Shown piece after piece: positions 60,069 to 64,000 of a DNA stretch of 64,000 bases. The notes under the pieces are model-generated. The model was given only the letters and a program-made list of their open reading frames with translations. It did not search any database and had not been told where the DNA came from. Each line of letters opens with the position of its first letter. Within the stretch, counting starts at the first letter, position 1. Location of the stretch: contig JBHLMN010000024.1 of assembly GCA_048938105.1 (NCBI GenBank), positions 1-64,000 on the forward strand. The letters run 5' to 3'. The position numbers were made by a program, and so were the translations under genes. This stretch comes from Promethearchaeota archaeon. GTDB taxonomy: Archaea; Asgardarchaeota; Heimdallarchaeia; Hodarchaeales; Hodarchaeaceae.

Positions 60069-61789
60069 GCAATAAAAACCTCATATTATGCGCCACATTA
60101 GGTTCTTGTGTTCATGTTGCTGGTGTATTTAATTTTATGCGGATTGCACGACAACAAGGTTATGAAACATCGTTTTTACGCCCCCCAAACACAATTGAAG
60201 ATATTATCACAGAAATTATTAAACTAGATCCTGAAATTATTGCTTTAAGCTATCGTTTAACACCTGAAGCATGTGTTGAGATTGTAAAGGAACTTTATGA
60301 CAAGATCACACCTGAAATAAGAAAGAAAAAGTGGATCTTTGGGGGTACTAGTCCTGTGTGTAATGCTGTTAGGCGACTGGGTGTATTTAACAAACTTTTT
60401 GGTGGAAATACAACAGAAAAAGACGTTCTCAGATATTTAAGAAATTCCTTATCCTCTCCAGAAGAAAAAAATTCTTTTCCAAATAATTTAATTGAGCGAA
60501 TAGAATTATATTATCCTTATCCACTATTACGTGCCCACTTTGGCATTCCTTCCGTTGAAAAAACCCAGAATGGTATCGAAACAATAGCAACAGCTAAAAT
60601 CATTGATATTATCTCAATAGGGCCAGATCAAAATTTTCAAGAACACTTTTTTCGTCCTGAAGAGATGAAGAAATCGGAACAGGGTGCAGGAGGAGTTTCA
60701 ATTCGTTCAAAAGAGGATTTAATTGGTTTTTATAAGGCTTCAAGGTGTGGGAATTATCCTTTATTACGTTGTTATTCAGGAACAAGAAATTTAATAAAAA
60801 TGGCAAAACTGCTTAAGAAAACAATTAACAATGCCTGGGGAGCCACTCCCTTATTTTGGTATTCTGAATTGGACGGTCGAAGTAGTAGGGTATTGCAGGA
60901 AGCAATCAAAGAGAATCAAGAAAACATGGCCTGGTATGGCGCACATAAAATACCTTTTGAAGCAAATGAATCACATCATTGGAGTCTTCGCTCGGCTCCA
61001 GATGCTGTTGCTGTTGCAGCTGCCTTCCTAGGTGCATACAATGCAAAATTTGCTGGAGTGCAACAATATATTTCCCAAATGATGTTTAATACACCAATTG
61101 GTTTAGCACCTAGATACGATCTAGCAAAAATGTTAGCTAAAACAGAATTGATAGAAAGTTTACATACAAAAAATTTCACTACATATCGTCAGGTTCGTAC
61201 TGGACTCTTAAGTTTTCCAGAGGATCCTCATCTTGCGAAAGGACAACTGGCATCTTCTATACAAATTGCTATGTTTATCAAACCACACATTGTCCATGTG
61301 GTTAGCTACTGCGAGGCTGATCATGTAGCAACACCTGAAGATGTGATAGAAAGTGCTAAAATAGCACATAAAGTGATTTCAAATTCTATAAAGGGATTAC
61401 CTTCAATCTACTTAGATCAAAAGCTTGAGGCATACAAATCAAGGCTAATATCTGATTGTTATTTGATTCTTCAAGCAATTCAAAAAATCTCAGGAGAATC
61501 TGTGAAAGACCCTTTTACGCATCCATTAACATTAACAAAAGCAGTTAAACTAGGAATTTTCGATGCACCACATCTGAAGGGATCTGATGTAGCGCGTGGA
61601 GAGATTCACACTGCAATAATTGATGGAAGATGTTTGACTGTCGATCCAAATTCGTTTTCTATTTTATCAGAACTAGATCGTTTGAATAGAATTTTAGAAG
61701 AGAATGGATACCCGCTTATCGAAAAAGAATTGGAAAATTATGGAGCTAAACAGTTCTCGAGAAAATCAGTCATGTTACCTCAGATATAG
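60065..61789 (+). CDS. Cobalamin-binding domain protein (mutase-like TIM-barrel fusion)
   Basis: N-terminal GSCVHVAG...LSYRL...FGG B12 Rossmann motifs; translationally coupled (ATGA) to the opine dehydrogenase. Confidence 0.78.
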   Translation: MSNKNLILCATLGSCVHVAGVFNFMRIARQQGYETSFLRPPNTIEDIITEIIKLDPEIIALSYRLTPEACVEIVKELYDKITPEIRKKKWIFGGTSPVCNAVRRLGVFNKLFGGNTTEKDVLRYLRNSLSSPEEKNSFPNNLIERIELYYPYPLLRAHFGIPSVEKTQNGIETIATAKIIDIISIGPDQNFQEHFFRPEEMKKSEQGAGGVSIRSKEDLIGFYKASRCGNYPLLRCYSGTRNLIKMAKLLKKTINNAWGATPLFWYSELDGRSSRVLQEAIKENQENMAWYGAHKIPFEANESHHWSLRSAPDAVAVAAAFLGAYNAKFAGVQQYISQMMFNTPIGLAPRYDLAKMLAKTELIESLHTKNFTTYRQVRTGLLSFPEDPHLAKGQLASSIQIAMFIKPHIVHVVSYCEADHVATPEDVIESAKIAHKVISNSIKGLPSIYLDQKLEAYKSRLISDCYLILQAIQKISGESVKDPFTHPLTLTKAVKLGIFDAPHLKGSDVARGEIHTAIIDGRCLTVDPNSFSILSELDRLNRILEENGYPLIEKELENYGAKQFSRKSVMLPQI

Positions 61790-61952
61790 TTCCAGAATGG
61801 CTTATACATCTTTATAAAATTAGAATTCTAATGTTTAATTTATTATAGTATGGAAATCTTATTATTACTAAGGATTGAACTTATTAGACACATGTATGAA
61901 ACACATACTCAAAATTTTTCGTAGTATATTTAAAATAATCGATTGGGTAAGA

Positions 61953-62450
61953 ATGGAAACTAGTAACATTATTTTAGGTAAACTGGAAGCTACAGAAGAA
62001 GATTTTTTAAAGTTAAAAAATACCATAAGAACCTATAGAGAAGTTTGTAACTATATCAGCGAGATTGCATACAATGAAGGGTGTTTTAATTCAGTTGCTC
62101 TTCATCATTTAACTTACAAAGAGGTTAGATTCAAATATAACATTCCAGCGAACCTTGCAGTAAGAGCTAGAGATAAAGTTGTCCTAACATACAAGAAAAA
62201 TAGGAAAAAGTTACATATCTTTAAAAAACTGAGTATTGATCTAGATAGTAGGCTATTAAGCATATCATCAAATAAGGAGGAGGTAGTTATATCAATTGCG
62301 ACAATAAATAAACGGGTAAAATCTAAATTATTAATTGATCCATCACAAAAAGAATTCTTAAAGCACCCTATAGTCAAGGCAAGCTTAAGACTAGAAGCAA
62401 ATGAGTTTTTCATGAGTATTGTCGTCCGGCCAAAGAATGTTAATTCCTGA
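61953..62450 (+). CDS. TnpB-derived protein retaining only the N-terminal WED/REC part (no RuvC)
   Basis: YREVCNYISE...LHHLTYKEVR.KYNIPANLAVRARDKV...SIATINKRVK; stops before any GxDxG RuvC-I motif. Confidence 0.7.
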   Translation: METSNIILGKLEATEEDFLKLKNTIRTYREVCNYISEIAYNEGCFNSVALHHLTYKEVRFKYNIPANLAVRARDKVVLTYKKNRKKLHIFKKLSIDLDSRLLSISSNKEEVVISIATINKRVKSKLLIDPSQKEFLKHPIVKASLRLEANEFFMSIVVRPKNVNS

Positions 62451-62578
62451 TTTTAACCATCCTCTTGCGGGAAAAACTCTAAAAATGAAGTTTAAAGTCG
62501 TAGAAGTTAGCAATTAAATAAAATATGGTTAAATGAAATAAAATTCAGGGATAACCCTTTTCATTGTATAATTACAGT

Positions 62579-62863
62579 TTAATACTGGTATACACCTTTC
62601 CTAGTTTCTTCAGAACGGATTTGAACGACTCCTCGATGTATTGCACACGAAACGCAAAAATATCGGATCATTGGAACACGAGGAACACGAGTTCCTTGTC
62701 GTCTTAATTCTTTCCTGATTATTGGATCTACTATTGATTTAAATACTGTTTTTCGTTTTGCCTTATCTCTTGGAACTAGTTGCCCACACGCGGAACATTG
62801 GACTTTCTGTGATGAACCTTTTTTCCCTTTTGATCTTCCCCTACTTTTTCGTTTCCTTCCCAT
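62579..62863 (-). CDS. rps26e: 30S ribosomal protein S26e
   Basis: KRKSRGRSKG, VQCSACG..VPRDKAK, FCVSCAIH. Confidence 0.95.
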   Translation of the reverse strand: MGRKRKSRGRSKGKKGSSQKVQCSACGQLVPRDKAKRKTVFKSIVDPIIRKELRRQGTRVPRVPMIRYFCVSCAIHRGVVQIRSEETRKGVYQY

Positions 62864-63398
62864 TATTATATTACCTCCTTTTTATATTCTTAACCATTAT
62901 TAAAGATAATCAAATATCATAGGGGATTAAATGAGACTTATCATTATCTATTAACCTTAAACCTTGGTTTATCAGTGTATAAGGTTATTCTCGATCTCAT
63001 ATCATTAGTAGATAGAGAAAAGAATGAAAGATAGGTGTTATTTTTTAAATATTAAAAAACCAAAGTATCAATCCCAAACGATGATTAGATTTCTTTATTG
63101 GTTATTACGGAGTACCAAGAAACCATATTATATATATTTCGTAATTATTCAGAAATTTTAATAAAAAACATAAGATTAATATAGCATTCTATTATAATAT
63201 TAAAATATCATATATGAAAATCACTTTTATAAAGAAAAAAAAGTATATAAAAGCTGAAAAATTCGTATGTCCCAAACAAATCAGTTATACCCAGAATTGA
63301 GGTCAAATCATACATCGAAATAGACAAGTTAAACCAGATATTTTCTTGATGTGTATTTATTAATTTTTTGACCTACTTAGACTCAAGGATATTTACAA

Positions 63399-63785
63399 AT
63401 GTCAGGAATATGTGGCATAGCGAAGGAAAGGAAAAAAAAAGAAAAAACTCAAATGTTGGATAACCTTGAACATCGGGGAGGTTCAGGGCGAAAAGTAATA
63501 GAGACTAATGGCGTAACGCTCGGAATTGTATACCCAGAGGCACAAAGACACTATGTCGATTATTTTAATTTGCATTGTATTGAAGATGCAATTGGTAATC
63601 TTCAATTTGCTAGGGCTCATATAAATAATGATTCAATTATCTTAGAGCGAGATCCCCTATTACTGAATGGGTGGCTTCTAAATACTAAGGAAGAGTTATT
63701 TTACTACAGACTGTTTCAAGAGAAGTTTGGGGAGCTTAAGGAATTAGATTGGATAGGCCGGACGAAAGGCGCTCCAATAAAGTAG
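63399..63785 (+). pseudogene. Asparagine-synthetase-like gene with a large in-frame internal deletion
   Basis: MSGICGI...LEHRG...ERDPL (GATase start) joined directly to TKEELFYYRLFQEKF (AsnB C-terminus). Confidence 0.65.
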
Positions 63786-63802
63786 TTAATGGGGAAGCAA
63801 AG

Positions 63803-64000
63803 ATGGAAGTATCAAAAGAAAAAAAGACAAAAAATAAATTTGTTGAAATAGGGAATACAGTGAAAATTAAATATATTGGAAAATTGCACGATAACACCAT
63901 TTTTGATCAATCCAAAGGAAATCAACCGTTAAGATTTGAAGTAGGGGTAGGTGAGGTAATAAAAGGCCTTGATGACGCTGTAATTGGAATGGAAATTGGA
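63803..64000 (+). CDS. FKBP-type peptidyl-prolyl isomerase (SlyD-like), truncated by window end
   Basis: GNTVKIKYIGKLHDNTIFDQS...PLRFEVGVGEVIKGLDDAVIGMEIG. Confidence 0.9.
   Translation, partial: MEVSKEKKTKNKFVEIGNTVKIKYIGKLHDNTIFDQSKGNQPLRFEVGVGEVIKGLDDAVIGMEIG

Noticed and set aside
61875-62450. Intact IS200/IS605 element
   Set aside because: No tnpA, no RuvC domain and no identifiable end hairpins.

Overview
AT-rich archaeal chromosome segment, most likely from an Asgard archaeon (inferred from rps26e, aRF1, Rpo4, a eukaryote-type presenilin, a MIT-domain Vps4-like ATPase and a roadblock-like protein). The first ~42 kb is housekeeping: translation, tRNA modification, SRP54, topoisomerase IA, GlmS and PGK. 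It also holds 10 tRNA genes that carry 17 bulge-helix-bulge (BHB) introns between them, including a tRNA-Met(CAT) with four introns and tRNA-Leu and tRNA-Phe with three each. The archaeal mevalonate operon (mvk, ubiD-type decarboxylase, PMDh/AcnX large and small subunits, ubiX, fni) is split by a ~14 kb accessory island at ~42351-56262. The island encodes a PP2C-like phosphatase, a TPR protein, an RHH regulator with tandem operators, and a Vps4-like ATPase. These are followed by a giant acidic protein (1472 codons, one in-frame TAG) with nuclease-like C-terminal motifs, and an inverted, start-less alternative C-terminal cassette that shares a 24-aa junction motif with it. The island carries the only intact PMDh genes in the window, while remnants of the displaced copies remain. 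One remnant contains a 29-nt insertion shaped like a BHB intron in a protein-coding sequence. Together this looks like a candidate undescribed Vps4-coupled polymorphic effector system. The window ends with an opine-dehydrogenase/B12-protein pair, a RuvC-less TnpB derivative, rps26e, an internally deleted AsnB and a partial FKBP. All calls come from manual reading and motif recognition; no searches were run.
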